Shown: positions 48,005 to 58,213 of the stretch, piece after piece
Position numbering within the stretch: the first letter of the stretch is position 1
Layout of the letters: every line of letters begins with the position of its first letter
NCBI GenBank assembly: GCA_944349895.1
Contig: CALVNQ010000001.1
Coordinates: forward strand, 145,461 to 209,460
Reading direction: 5' to 3'
DNA: 64,000 bases
Origin: an uncultured Clostridia bacterium
Lineage (GTDB): Bacteria > Bacillota > Clostridia > Christensenellales > UBA1242
The notes under the pieces: generated by a model
Seen by the model: the letters and a program-made list of their open reading frames with translations, nothing else
Database searches by the model: none
What the model was told of the DNA's origin: nothing
Made by a program: the position numbers and the translations under genes

Positions 48005-49766
48005 ACATTTGTTTCAATAAATCTTCCAAAAATTTAAAAACTTCATCAAATGTTGTTTGTTTTTCTAAATCAACGCCAGCGTCTTGCAAAAGTTCAACAG
48101 GTCCTTTTTTGCAACCACTTTTCAAAAAGTTTATATACTTTTCTTTTGCACCTTCTTCACCTTTTAAAATTCTGCTAACAATATTTAACGCGCTTATAAG
48201 CCCAGTGGCATATTTATAAACATAAAAGGCTCTATAAAAATGTGGGATCCTTGCCCACTCATATTGAGTTTCTTTTGTAAGTAAAACACCTTTTCCAAAA
48301 TATAATTTGTTAAGTTCTAAATACTTTTGGCAAAGTTTGTCTTTTGAAAGAGGTTGATTTTGTTCATATTGTTGATGCGCCCATTGTTCAAATTCAGCGA
48401 ACATTGTCTGTCTAAAAATAGTGCTTTTCACATCAGAAAACAGTTCATCAATAATTTCACTTGCTTGGCCTTGATTTTTACACTCTTTTAAAAGCATCAA
48501 TCTTACCAACATCTCATTAACTGTGCTTGCAACTTCAGCTACAAAAATCACATAATCGCTTTCTTCAAAAATATTGTTTGAATTGGAGTAATAAGAATGA
48601 ATTGCATGTCCAAGCTCATGCGCCAAAGTGGTAACTGACAAAAAATCGCCAGTAAAATTTATAAGCACAACTGGGTGTGCCCCATAAGCCCCTGCTGAAT
48701 ATGCCCCGCTAGCTTTTCCTTCATTGGGTAAAACATCAATCCACTTTTCATCCACAGCTTTATCAATAAGCGAAACATATTCTTCACCTAGTGGCTGAAC
48801 TGCTTTTTTTATTATTGAAATTGCTTGTTCAAAAGTATAATTCTTTTTAGCAGTGTTTTTAATTGGAGCAAACTGGTCATAAATATAAAACTTATCATAT
48901 CCGAATGATTTTTTCTTTTTTTCAAAATACTTGTAAAGCAATTTTAAATTTTTATGAACACTTTGTATAAGGGTGTTATACACTCCAATCTTTGCATCTT
49001 CACTTTCAATAGCATGCGACAAAGCATTTTGATAATTTCTAATTTTTGCAAAATAGCAATTTGCTTTTACTTCTGAAATATAGTTGTTTGCTAAAAAATT
49101 CATGTATCTTCCGTATGCACCATTTTGCTCAGCAAAAACATTTTTTCTTAAAATTCTATCACTACTACGCATGAATTTATTAAACAAAGCCTGTGAATAC
49201 TCATGTTTTTTACCGTTGCCGTCAATTACATCATTAAATTTTAAATCGGCATCGCTAAACGCATCATAGTTATCAGAAAATCCACTCAAAAAATCACCCA
49301 TACCAGACAAAAGTTTTTCTTCACTTTTAGGCAATACATGGGGTTTTTCTTTAATAATATCTTTAAAAAATAATTTAAAATTGCAAAATTCAGGATTGTT
49401 CATTAAATTATTTAATTTTTGATTTGAAAACTTGCTAACTTCGGGAGTTATAAACGACATTGCAACCGAAACTTTATTTTCAATTTGCGAGATATAATTT
49501 AAGTTCTCCATAGATTTGCTATCATTCAAGTTTTCATCTAATTTGCGTTGTGCATAATTAAATAATAAAATCATTTCTTTGGCATATTCACTTGAATATT
49601 CTAAAACTTTCAAGAGATTTTTTTCATCAGAAAGTTTGCCTTCAAAATTTTTAAAAATTTCTATATATTTCAAAAGATTGGTGGTTCTATTTTTAAAATC
49701 TTCATCATCTTTGGCAAATTCGCTTAAATTCCACTTATATTTTTGTGGCACAGCGCTTCTTTTCAT
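48003..49766 (-). CDS. pepF: Oligoendopeptidase F (M3B)
   Basis: It has an HELGHAIH zinc motif and is 587 aa long. Confidence 0.85.
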   Translation of the reverse strand: MKRSAVPQKYKWNLSEFAKDDEDFKNRTTNLLKYIEIFKNFEGKLSDEKNLLKVLEYSSEYAKEMILLFNYAQRKLDENLNDSKSMENLNYISQIENKVSVAMSFITPEVSKFSNQKLNNLMNNPEFCNFKLFFKDIIKEKPHVLPKSEEKLLSGMGDFLSGFSDNYDAFSDADLKFNDVIDGNGKKHEYSQALFNKFMRSSDRILRKNVFAEQNGAYGRYMNFLANNYISEVKANCYFAKIRNYQNALSHAIESEDAKIGVYNTLIQSVHKNLKLLYKYFEKKKKSFGYDKFYIYDQFAPIKNTAKKNYTFEQAISIIKKAVQPLGEEYVSLIDKAVDEKWIDVLPNEGKASGAYSAGAYGAHPVVLINFTGDFLSVTTLAHELGHAIHSYYSNSNNIFEESDYVIFVAEVASTVNEMLVRLMLLKECKNQGQASEIIDELFSDVKSTIFRQTMFAEFEQWAHQQYEQNQPLSKDKLCQKYLELNKLYFGKGVLLTKETQYEWARIPHFYRAFYVYKYATGLISALNIVSRILKGEEGAKEKYINFLKSGCKKGPVELLQDAGVDLEKQTTFDEVFKFLEDLLKQM

Positions 49767-49768
49767 AT

Positions 49769-50452
49769 TTACCTCACAAAATATTTTGAAATATTAAATT
49801 GGTTCCATGGAAATAAAGTCTCATCTGGGGAAGAAATAAAAACCATTCTCTTTTTTGTAACTGGGTGGTTAAATTCAAGTCTGCCAGCCCATAACGCCAA
49901 AAAACCCTTTGAAGCATTTTTATTATATTTCATATCCCCAACAATAGGGAACCCTATATTTGACAGTTGGACTCTAATTTGATGAGACCTCCCCGTCAAA
50001 ATTTTTACAGATAAAAGGCTTTTATTTTCATTAATATCTAAAGTGTTATAAATCAGTTCTGCTTTTTTTGCACCATTTTCTAAAGGAGGGCAAATTTTAA
50101 CAATATTATTTTGTTCATCTTTTTTTAAATAATTAACCAATTTTTCGGTTTTAACTTTAATTCTTCCATCAACAACAGCATAATAAACTTTATCAAATTC
50201 ACCATTTTGGATTTGTTTTGTAAGCCTATCAGCGGATTTAGAATTTCTTGCAAAAACCATAAGTCCACCTGTTGGTCTATCCAGTCTATGAACTAGGCCA
50301 ATAAAAGCTTCCCCCGGCTTATTATATTTTTGCTTTATATAATCTTTAATCTCATTAAGCAAATCAATATCACCTGACTGATCTTTCTGGGTAGGCTGAT
50401 TTTGTGGTTTAATAACCACAATAATATGATTATCTTCATAAACAATTTGCAT
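49769..50452 (-). CDS. RluA-family pseudouridine synthase
   Basis: It has the catalytic block HRLDRPTGGLMVFA and a GRSHQIRVQL block. Confidence 0.85.
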   Translation of the reverse strand: MQIVYEDNHIIVVIKPQNQPTQKDQSGDIDLLNEIKDYIKQKYNKPGEAFIGLVHRLDRPTGGLMVFARNSKSADRLTKQIQNGEFDKVYYAVVDGRIKVKTEKLVNYLKKDEQNNIVKICPPLENGAKKAELIYNTLDINENKSLLSVKILTGRSHQIRVQLSNIGFPIVGDMKYNKNASKGFLALWAGRLEFNHPVTKKRMVFISSPDETLFPWNQFNISKYFVR

Positions 50453-50477
50453 TATACAAAAACCTCACAAAAACTTA

Positions 50478-51335
50478 TTAATTATTCCAAATTTTGAAAC
50501 CACTGTTCCCACAAGGCAAAGCGATCCCTTCATTTGTTAATAATCCAATTTCATCAGCATCGACATTTTCTTTACCGAAAATTAAACAAAGAATATTTTT
50601 AATAACACCTGCTTGTAAACCGGTTGTATAAGAATTGATAAGAACAAAAAGTGGATTATCGGATAAGAGAAGCTTACAAAGCTTAACAAAATCATATAAG
50701 TTATCTTCTATTTTCCACATTTCTCCACCAGGGCCCCTCCCATAACTTGGTGGGTCCATAATGATAGCATCATATTTATTCCCTCTTCTAATTTCTCGTT
50801 CAATAAATTTTTTACAGTCATCAACAATAAAACGAATACTGTTAATCCCGTTTAACTTTGCATTTTCTTTAGCCCTATCAACCATACCTTTGCTTGCATC
50901 GACGTGAGTAACTTTTGCACCTGAAAAAGCACAAGCGACAGAAGCGCAACCAGTGTAAGCAAATAAATTTAAAACTTTTATTTCACGATGAGATTGAGAA
51001 ATCAACTTTTGCATTCTGTCCCAATTAACAGCTTGTTCTGGAAAAACACCTGTATGTTTGAAACCCATAGGCTTTACAATAAAACTTAATTCATTCCAAG
51101 AGCAAGTCCATTGTTCGGGCAATTTTTTCTTTTCTTGCCAACAACCTCCTCCGGAAGAAGAACGCAAGTATTCAGCAGATATAAGGTGATCAAACTTTTT
51201 TTTACGTTGAGAAAAATCTCCCCAAATAACTTGAGGATCTGGGCGAACAAGCACCCAACCGTTCCAGTTTTCGATTTTTTTACCATCACCGGTAGCTAAA
51301 ACTTCAAAATCAAGCCATCCTTGAGCAACTTTCAT
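50478..51335 (-). CDS. Class I SAM-dependent RNA methyltransferase (RlmI/RlmK-like catalytic domain)
   Basis: It carries LNLFAYTGCASVACA (motif I) and MDPPSYGRG (motif IV). Confidence 0.7.
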   Translation of the reverse strand: MKVAQGWLDFEVLATGDGKKIENWNGWVLVRPDPQVIWGDFSQRKKKFDHLISAEYLRSSSGGGCWQEKKKLPEQWTCSWNELSFIVKPMGFKHTGVFPEQAVNWDRMQKLISQSHREIKVLNLFAYTGCASVACAFSGAKVTHVDASKGMVDRAKENAKLNGINSIRFIVDDCKKFIEREIRRGNKYDAIIMDPPSYGRGPGGEMWKIEDNLYDFVKLCKLLLSDNPLFVLINSYTTGLQAGVIKNILCLIFGKENVDADEIGLLTNEGIALPCGNSGFKIWNN

Positions 51336-51344
51336 TATACCCCT

Positions 51345-54300
51345 CTAAACTTTAGTAATATCAAATTTGACAGCATAATTATCTGTAATGAAATCAAATT
51401 TCCCATCGCCATATTCAAGAGAATCACAAAGGGTCCCCGATTTAATTTCAGAAGAATAATGCATTAAAACATGTTTAAGATATTCATCACCATTAATTGA
51501 AATTTTAATATGGTCAGTCACCTCAAGTCCGATATCTTTTCTTGTTTGTTGGACAAGTGAAATAAAATCTCTAATCAGACCTTTTTCTTTTAACTGATCA
51601 GTAAGATTAACATCAAGAACAACGGTAATGTTGCCATTGCTTTCACTGACAAATCCTTCTTTATTTTTAACTGAAATGAGAACATCATTTTCAGATATGA
51701 TAAAATCACTAAAACTAACCTGTTTGCCACTACGCAATTGCGAGACGATATCATTTGAATCGCAAGAAGCAAGGAAATCACGAATTTCCCCCAATCTTTT
51801 TCCATACTTTGGGCCCAATGTTTTTAATTGAGGTTTAAGCTCAAAATTAACATATTCATTAGCATCATGACTAAACTGTAAGTTTTCTACATTGAGCTCA
51901 TCTTTTATTAAATCTTTAAGCTGATCGTCTAAATCAAGCTTTTCGGTAGAACAAATGATAACTTTTGAAAGAGGTTGACGATTTTTAATTAAACTTGAAG
52001 ATCGACAAGCGCGCCCTAACATAACAATATCTAAAACTTTTTGCATACCCCTATTCAACTTTTTATCAATAAGGTTAAAATTTGCAACGGGATAAGAACA
52101 GAAATGCACACTTTCTGGAGCATTCTTATCAACACTTTTGACCAAATTTTGATAGATAGTTTCAGAAATGAATGGAACGAAAGGAGCAATAAGTTTAGAT
52201 AATGAAGACAAAACCTCATAAAGAGTTCTAAAAGCAGCATTTTTATCATCTGCCATACCATTTTGCCAAAATCTCTCTCTACTTCTTCTAACGTACCAAT
52301 TTGAAAGATCGTCAACAAAAGAGGTTATCAATCTTGTTGCATTTTGCAGATCATATTTTTCCAAAGATGAATCTACATCAAAAATTAATGAATTGTATTT
52401 AGAAAGCAACCATTTGTCCAATAAGCTTAATTTACATTTTTCCAAAGCAATTTTAGTAGGATCAAATTGATCAATCTCTGCATACAAAACATAAAAGGCA
52501 TAAACATTCCAAAGTGTTCCCATAAATTTACGTTGAAGTTCTATTAAATTATCTTCATTAAATGATAGCCCTTGTCCAGGCGAACAAGAATAAAAGAAAT
52601 ACCATCTAAGTCCATCTGCACCCTCTTTGTCCAAAATAGCCCAAGGGTCGATACCATTACCCAAGTGTTTAGACATTTTAACACCAAATTTATCATTTAC
52701 GAGACCAATAGCTTCACAAGTTTTATATGGGCTTTTCCCAAACACAGCGCTATTAACAGCCTGTAATGTATAAAACCAGCCTCTTGTTTGATCAATTCCT
52801 TCAGCAATAAAATCTGCGGGGAAAGTTTTTTCAAACAGTTCTTTATTCTCAAAGGGATAATGGTATTGAGCAAAAGGCATAGAACCAGAATCAAACCAAC
52901 AATCCATAACTTCAGGAGTTCTCGTCATTGTTTTACCACAAATAGGACAAGCAAAGGTTATTTTGTCGAGTGTAGGCTTATGAAGATCTAAATCTTCATT
53001 AATACCAGATAATTTTCTTAATTCATCAACACTACCAACAACATGCTTATGTCCATTTTCACAAACCCAAAAAGGAAGAGGGGTCCCCCAATATCTTGTT
53101 CTAGAAATGCCCCAATCAATATTATTTTCTAAAAAGTTCCCCATTCTACCTTGTTTAATTGTATCAGGCAACCAATTAACAGATGCGTTATTTTTTACCA
53201 AAACATCTTTTATTGCGGTAGTTTTAATGAACCAGGTATTTTTAGCATAATAAAGAAGAGGTGATCCACATCTCCAACAATGAGGGTAAGAATGTTCAAA
53301 AGGAAGAATTTTAAATAATTTATTTGCTTTCTGCAAATCATCGATAATAAATTTATCTGCCTTTTTAACAAATAAACCTGTATACCGAGTTTTATCGGAC
53401 ATATTCCCTGATTCATCGACCAATTGAATAAAATCAAGTCCATAATTTTTCCCTACCTGGTAATCATCTTCACCAAAAGCTGGGGCGATATGGACTATCC
53501 CCGTACCATCTTCGGTTGTTACATAATCATCAACTGTAACGAAATAAGCATTTTTAATTTCAGAAGCCACAAAATCAAAAAGAGGTTCATACTTGCAAAA
53601 TTCAAATTCTTTCCCTGTTTTTTCATAAACAACTTTATAAGTTCCATCTTCAAATAAGGAGGGAATAAGTTTTTTAAGCATAATATAAAAATGCCCTTCG
53701 AAAGAAATTTTTGCATATATTTCATTAGGATTCATACATAAAGCGACATTAGAAGGCAACGTCCAAGGGGTTGTTGTCCAAACTAAAAAGAAAGTATCAT
53801 CTTCTTGCAAACTTCTAAATTTAACGAAAACACTATTTTCTTTTAAAATTTTATAATTATCTCCATTTTCCACCTCCATTTTTGACAGGCTAGTCCCACA
53901 ACGAGGGCAATAAGGAATGATTTTATGTCCCAAATAAACAAGTCCTTTTTTGTCCATTTCTTTTAAAGCCCAAAAAACAGATTCTATATATTTATTATCA
54001 TAAGTAATATAAGGATCAGACATATCAATCCAATAGCCGAGTCTGTCGGTAATTTTTTCCCAAAGGCCTTTATATTTCCAAACAGATTCTTTACAAAGTG
54101 CGATGAATTTTTCAACGCCAAATTTTTCAATATCTTGTTTACCATTTAAACCTAAATTTTTTTCAACTTCCACCTCAACTGGCAAACCATGTGTATCCCA
54201 GCCAGCTTTTCTTGGCACGAAAAAACCCTTCATGCTTTTGAATCTAGGAAAAACATCTTTAATAGCTCTTGTTAAAGGGTGCCCCATATGTGGCATACCA

Positions 54301-54455
54301 TTAGCAGTTGGAGGTCCTTCATAAAAAGAAAAAACCTTGCCTTGATTTTCATTTAAATGCAAACCTTTTTCAATAATATTATTTTTTTTCCAAAAATCTA
54401 GAATTTGTTTTTCATTGTTAACAAAGTCAAGTTTGGTTTCAACTTTCTTATACAT
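51345..54455 (-). CDS. ileS: Isoleucine--tRNA ligase, type 2 (long, eukaryote-like form)
   Basis: The 1036-aa protein has PHMGHPLT (HIGH-type motif) and KMSKHLGN (KMSKS motif). An Ile T-box lies upstream. Confidence 0.9.
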   Translation of the reverse strand: MYKKVETKLDFVNNEKQILDFWKKNNIIEKGLHLNENQGKVFSFYEGPPTANGMPHMGHPLTRAIKDVFPRFKSMKGFFVPRKAGWDTHGLPVEVEVEKNLGLNGKQDIEKFGVEKFIALCKESVWKYKGLWEKITDRLGYWIDMSDPYITYDNKYIESVFWALKEMDKKGLVYLGHKIIPYCPRCGTSLSKMEVENGDNYKILKENSVFVKFRSLQEDDTFFLVWTTTPWTLPSNVALCMNPNEIYAKISFEGHFYIMLKKLIPSLFEDGTYKVVYEKTGKEFEFCKYEPLFDFVASEIKNAYFVTVDDYVTTEDGTGIVHIAPAFGEDDYQVGKNYGLDFIQLVDESGNMSDKTRYTGLFVKKADKFIIDDLQKANKLFKILPFEHSYPHCWRCGSPLLYYAKNTWFIKTTAIKDVLVKNNASVNWLPDTIKQGRMGNFLENNIDWGISRTRYWGTPLPFWVCENGHKHVVGSVDELRKLSGINEDLDLHKPTLDKITFACPICGKTMTRTPEVMDCWFDSGSMPFAQYHYPFENKELFEKTFPADFIAEGIDQTRGWFYTLQAVNSAVFGKSPYKTCEAIGLVNDKFGVKMSKHLGNGIDPWAILDKEGADGLRWYFFYSCSPGQGLSFNEDNLIELQRKFMGTLWNVYAFYVLYAEIDQFDPTKIALEKCKLSLLDKWLLSKYNSLIFDVDSSLEKYDLQNATRLITSFVDDLSNWYVRRSRERFWQNGMADDKNAAFRTLYEVLSSLSKLIAPFVPFISETIYQNLVKSVDKNAPESVHFCSYPVANFNLIDKKLNRGMQKVLDIVMLGRACRSSSLIKNRQPLSKVIICSTEKLDLDDQLKDLIKDELNVENLQFSHDANEYVNFELKPQLKTLGPKYGKRLGEIRDFLASCDSNDIVSQLRSGKQVSFSDFIISENDVLISVKNKEGFVSESNGNITVVLDVNLTDQLKEKGLIRDFISLVQQTRKDIGLEVTDHIKISINGDEYLKHVLMHYSSEIKSGTLCDSLEYGDGKFDFITDNYAVKFDITKV

Positions 54456-54470
54456 ATAAACTCCTTTTTT

Positions 54471-54680
54471 TAAAAAAAATTCGATGGGCTACAAGAACTC
54501 CATCGAGATTAAACCACTTGCAACACCAGCGTGCTTACAACACGCACCTTCTATAACGGGAAGACCCGGCAAAGCTTACTAAAAGTTCAGCTAGCAACTC
54601 CGAAAGTGATAATTTTAACTTTCCCCTTATTGCCTTGCACCTTCCGGCAACTCTCTGAAAGTTCAAAGTAAAAATGTTGT
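54471..54680 (-). promoter_or_regulatory. T-box leader (Ile specifier) with terminator
   Basis: The minus strand reads CAGAGAGTTGCCGGAAGGTGCAAGGC (stem I AG-box/distal region). A candidate specifier loop carries AUU AUC A (54613-54607). A GUGGU-containing T-box-like segment follows. The terminator is TCGATGG...CCATCGA (54506-54481) plus U8. Confidence 0.8.
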
Positions 54681-54745
54681 CTTTCATCATAGCATTTATA
54701 AAATTCATTTCATTTTAACACTCAAAATTTTTTTTGTCAACAAAA

Positions 54746-55465
54746 TCAAAAGTTATCAAGGACTTTGTTAAGTTCTATAGCATCAGCACCAGTTACTATA
54801 CCAAGAGGAATTTCTGAAGGGTTTCCTGTTTTGGTGAGCAAAATTGCGAGCAATTTAGGGTTTTTATGAAATTTATTTAAGGCATCTTCAACTGTAAGAT
54901 CAGCTGAACAAACGTCATAATAATTAGAATCTTTAATATTAGTTAACATATCTTCAATCTGTGCATTTTCTAAAAATGATTTTGCTTTACCCCCAGAAAT
55001 AAGATAAGATCCAAAAGCGTTAAGAATTTTTTGCCCGTTCGCTATTCCAATCAAATGCTTTTCCTTATAAACAGGGATATTGGAATAATTGGAAGAAGCA
55101 ATAAGCTTAATAACATCTTCCATTGAAGCAGAAGCGTGAGTAGAAATAATATCTCTCCTACAAATATCTATTGCTTTAGGAGGGGTATTAATAAGTCTTT
55201 CTATTTTTTCAATATGTTCAACAACCTGCTCATGAGGTTCAGCAATTATGTAAGGTTTATTCCCCTGATGAACAATAGCGTTTCTTAATCTACCATAATC
55301 TATCAAGTCATCTTCATACTTTCTAACGACATAATTAAGACTAACAGATTTTCTAATCAAATCTGAAAAACCCATACTGCGATTAAGACCATATCTTGCT
55401 CTTAAAGAATAATCGATATTATTAAAAGCATTTAAAAATCTTTCTGCGCGTGTTTTATCTGACAT
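54746..55465 (-). CDS. CBS-pair protein with an N-terminal helical domain carrying an Rx4H (HEPN-like) motif
   Basis: The N-terminal ~95 aa contain YGRLRNAIVHQ. The C-terminal ~130 aa have a typical tandem CBS pattern (IPVYKEKHLIGIANG, LGIVTGADA). Confidence 0.6.
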   Translation of the reverse strand: MSDKTRAERFLNAFNNIDYSLRARYGLNRSMGFSDLIRKSVSLNYVVRKYEDDLIDYGRLRNAIVHQGNKPYIIAEPHEQVVEHIEKIERLINTPPKAIDICRRDIISTHASASMEDVIKLIASSNYSNIPVYKEKHLIGIANGQKILNAFGSYLISGGKAKSFLENAQIEDMLTNIKDSNYYDVCSADLTVEDALNKFHKNPKLLAILLTKTGNPSEIPLGIVTGADAIELNKVLDNF

Positions 55466-55544
55466 AATTTCTCCTAAAATGAAAAGTTATAACAAATATA
55501 TAAATAGTATAAAACAAAATGTAGAAAATAAAAAATGATTTTTC

Positions 55545-55573
55545 TTGATTTTTTAATAAAAATGTTATATAAT
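55545..55573 (+). promoter_or_regulatory. Sigma-A-like promoter of the SRP RNA gene
   Basis: TTGATT (55545-55550), a 17-nt spacer, then TATAAT (55568-55573), 7 nt before the RNA 5' helix. Confidence 0.65.
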
Positions 55574-55580
55574 AACAAAA

Positions 55581-55847
55581 CCAGGCTAGATGGGGAGTTA
55601 GCGGTGCCCTGTAACCTGCAAACCGCTATAGCAGGATTGAACGCAAGCCTCGGCATTAGCAGGTCAAAAATGTACAAATTAATTTTAACAATGAAGTCAA
55701 GGTCTCATGCAACATTTGCTCCTGAACCATGTCAGGTCCTGACGGAAGCATCATTAAGGGAATACAAATGTGTGCCATGAGGTAGCTTTGGTGGAGCTAA
55801 AATTATTTGAGGCAGTTGGTATGCTATTGACAAAGTTTGTGCCTGGT
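55581..55847 (+). ncRNA. ffs: Signal recognition particle RNA, long Bacillus type with Alu-like domain
   Basis: GGGGAGTTAGCGGTGCCCTGTAACCTGCAAACCGCTATAGCAGG and GAACCATGTCAGGTCCTGACGGAAGCATCATTAAG closely parallel the B. subtilis scRNA sequence as I recall it. The 5' CCAGGC pairs with the 3' GCCTGG. Confidence 0.9.
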
Positions 55848-55860
55848 AATAAAAAAAATC

Positions 55861-55887
55861 AGCAAGGAATGTTTCCTTGCTTTTTTT
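55861..55887 (+). terminator. Intrinsic terminator after the SRP RNA
   Basis: AGCAAGGAA (55861-55869) pairs with TTCCTTGCT (55873-55881) and is followed by T7. Confidence 0.8.
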
Positions 55888-55938
55888 AAAAAAAAATAGA
55901 AATGTAAAAACATTTCTATTTGGCTGGAGAGAAAAACA

Positions 55939-56109
55939 TTAAGCTTTCTTCTGTGCCTTTTTTGCTTTATTCGTGGCCTTTTGGACTTCTTTCATAACAG
56001 CTTTCTCACTCTTATCCACCATTTGTTTTGCAGATTGTGAATATTTATATAAGAGAGCGCCTGTAACGAGACCCATACTAAAGCCGAGTAACATCATAGC
56101 TTCTTTCAT
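55939..56109 (-). CDS. Small YtxH-like membrane-anchored protein (56 aa; below the ORF-track cutoff)
   Basis: Hand translation gives MKEAMMLLGFSMGLVTGALLYKYSQSAKQMVDKSEKAVMKEVQKATNKAKKAQKKA. GGAGGGGA lies upstream of the start. Confidence 0.55.
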   Translation of the reverse strand: MKEAMMLLGFSMGLVTGALLYKYSQSAKQMVDKSEKAVMKEVQKATNKAKKAQKKA

Positions 56110-56168
56110 ATCCCCTCCTTGGGAATAGTTTGTTAAAGATTTAAAAATATATTCGCAATTATTCGATA

Positions 56169-56196
56169 AAAAAACTCATTTATAAATGAGTTTTTT
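56169..56196. terminator. Intrinsic terminator after iscU
   Basis: The palindrome AAAAACTCATTTA/TAAATGAGTTTTT is flanked by A/T runs. Confidence 0.7.
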
Positions 56197-56197
56197 A

Positions 56198-56608
56198 TTA
56201 ATTATCTATCGACTTTTTTTCTTTTTTAGATGATTTTTCAATGCGTTTATAATAGTCATTTATAGCTGCTTTTATAGCTTCTTCTGCTAAAACCGAACAA
56301 TGAATTTTATTTGGAGGCAATTCGCCCAAAACATCAAACACCTGTTGATTAGTAACTTTTAAAGCGTCTTCAATTGATTTACCCTTAATAAGATCACAAG
56401 CAACATCAGTGGAAGCGATAGCAGCGCAACATCCAAAAGTTTTAAACGAAGCATCTTTAATAATGCCATTTTCAATCAACAAATATATTTTCATAATATC
56501 GCCACAAGCTGAATTTCCTACTTTCCCGATGGCGTTAGCACCTTTCATACCCCCAGCATTTTTTGGATTTTGAAAAATAGAAAGAACTTTTTTAGAATAC
56601 ATAATCAT
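56198..56608 (-). CDS. iscU: Fe-S cluster scaffold protein (NifU N-terminal/IscU type)
   Basis: The three conserved Cys contexts are ACGDIMK, FGCCAAIAS and HCSVLAEEA. It overlaps nifS by 4 nt. Confidence 0.85.
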   Translation of the reverse strand: MIMYSKKVLSIFQNPKNAGGMKGANAIGKVGNSACGDIMKIYLLIENGIIKDASFKTFGCCAAIASTDVACDLIKGKSIEDALKVTNQQVFDVLGELPPNKIHCSVLAEEAIKAAINDYYKRIEKSSKKEKKSIDN

Positions 56609-57783
56609 CTCCTCCCTGCTTTAGTGATAGGTGAAATAGCACGTAACTTTTTAACAGAATTAATTAAAACTTCAACAGCATAATCCACATCTGCTTTGGA
56701 GGTGTTTTTCCCGAAAGAAAATCTTACTGTCCCCTGAGCAATTTCATCTTCTATACCCATAGCTTTTAAAACATGAGAAGGTTGAAGAGAGTTAGAAGTG
56801 CAAGCAGAAGAAGTTGAAACAGCAACACCGTCAAGATCAAGCAACATAAGCAAACTTTCTCCTTCAATCATTTCAAAGGAAATGCTTAAAGTCCCTTGGA
56901 CTTTTTGTTGAGGATGACCGTTGATGTGTATATAATCAATATTGTCTCTAACTTTTGATAAAAAATATTCTCTTATTATTTTAAGTTTTTGTTGATTAAC
57001 TGATAAATCTCTTACAGCTATTTCAACAGCTTTACCAAAACCGGCGATAGCAGGCACGTTAAGAGTGCCTCCACGTTTGCCTCTTTCTTGGCTTCCACCA
57101 TCAATTAAATTATCAATTTTTAAACCATTTTTCAAATATAAAGCGCCACAACCTTTTGGCCCATAAATTTTATGAGCAGAAATGCTTAAAGCATCTATTT
57201 CCATATCTTGGACATCAATTTTTACAGCACCTAGGGCTTGTACAGCATCTGTATGAAAAAGAATATTATTTTCATGGGCGATTTTAGCAATAGTTTTAAC
57301 ATTCTGAATTGTGCCGACTTCATTATTAACCGACATTATAGAAATCAAAATGGTATCTTTGCGAATAGCATGCAAGAGTTCTGCTATATTAACCAATCCG
57401 TACTTATCAACAGGAAGATAGGTAATATCAAACCCCTCTTTTTCTAAAACCGAACAAGCATCAAGCACGGCATGATGTTCAATCGAAGAAGTAATAATGT
57501 GCTTGCCTTTAAACGAATAAGCGTGAGCCAACCCTTTTACAGCCCAATTGTCGGCCTCTGATCCCCCCGAAGTAAAATAAATTTCATTAGAATCCTTGGC
57601 ATTAATTGCTGTTGCAATTCTATCTCTTGCTCTGTCAACAATAGAAGAAGCTTCTCTACCAAATGAATGAATGGAATTTGGATTACCAAACAAAACATTA
57701 AAACACGGAAGCATTTCATTTAAAACTTCACTAGAAACATAAGTTGTTGCGGCATTATCCAAATAAACTTTTCTTCCAGCCAT
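56605..57783 (-). CDS. nifS: Cysteine desulfurase (NifS/IscS type)
   Basis: The PLP lysine context is SAHKIYGPKG, and the active-site Cys loop is SSACTS. I place the start at MAGRKVYLDNAATT. Confidence 0.85.
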   Translation of the reverse strand: MAGRKVYLDNAATTYVSSEVLNEMLPCFNVLFGNPNSIHSFGREASSIVDRARDRIATAINAKDSNEIYFTSGGSEADNWAVKGLAHAYSFKGKHIITSSIEHHAVLDACSVLEKEGFDITYLPVDKYGLVNIAELLHAIRKDTILISIMSVNNEVGTIQNVKTIAKIAHENNILFHTDAVQALGAVKIDVQDMEIDALSISAHKIYGPKGCGALYLKNGLKIDNLIDGGSQERGKRGGTLNVPAIAGFGKAVEIAVRDLSVNQQKLKIIREYFLSKVRDNIDYIHINGHPQQKVQGTLSISFEMIEGESLLMLLDLDGVAVSTSSACTSNSLQPSHVLKAMGIEDEIAQGTVRFSFGKNTSKADVDYAVEVLINSVKKLRAISPITKAGRR

Positions 57784-57895
57784 AAAAATATCTCCTTTAA
57801 TTAATATAAATGATTGTAACACTTTAAGCTAATTAAGTCAATATAAAAAATAAAATGAAATTTATAATTGGAAAATAAAATAAAAAAATCACATC

Positions 57896-58204
57896 TTATT
57901 TTTGATGTGATTTAACAAAATTAATAAGGTCTTCATTTGTCATCAAGCCGACATGTTTATCAATCATCTCCCCGTTATTCATAAGAATGATGGTAGGAAT
58001 AGACATAATGCCGAATCTTCTTGCTAAATTAGGATTTTGATCGACATCAACTTTTAAAATATTAAAATCTGGATTTGATTCTTGAACTTCTTCAAGAACC
58101 CCTCCCATCATTCTGCAAGGTCCACACCAAGTGGCAAAGAAATCAATAACGACCATTCCGTTTTTTGTTTTTTCTTCAAAATCTGTTTCATTAATTTGTT
58201 GCAT
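57896..58204 (-). CDS. trxA: Thioredoxin
   Basis: It has a WCGPC active site and is 102 aa long. Confidence 0.9.
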   Translation of the reverse strand: MQQINETDFEEKTKNGMVVIDFFATWCGPCRMMGGVLEEVQESNPDFNILKVDVDQNPNLARRFGIMSIPTIILMNNGEMIDKHVGLMTNEDLINFVKSHQK

Positions 58205-58213
58205 AAATCCTCC

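Noticed and set aside
55474-55780. ORF-track ORFs 55474-55677 (minus) and 55535-55780 (plus).
   Set aside because: They overlap the SRP RNA gene and its promoter. The region is explained by the RNA.
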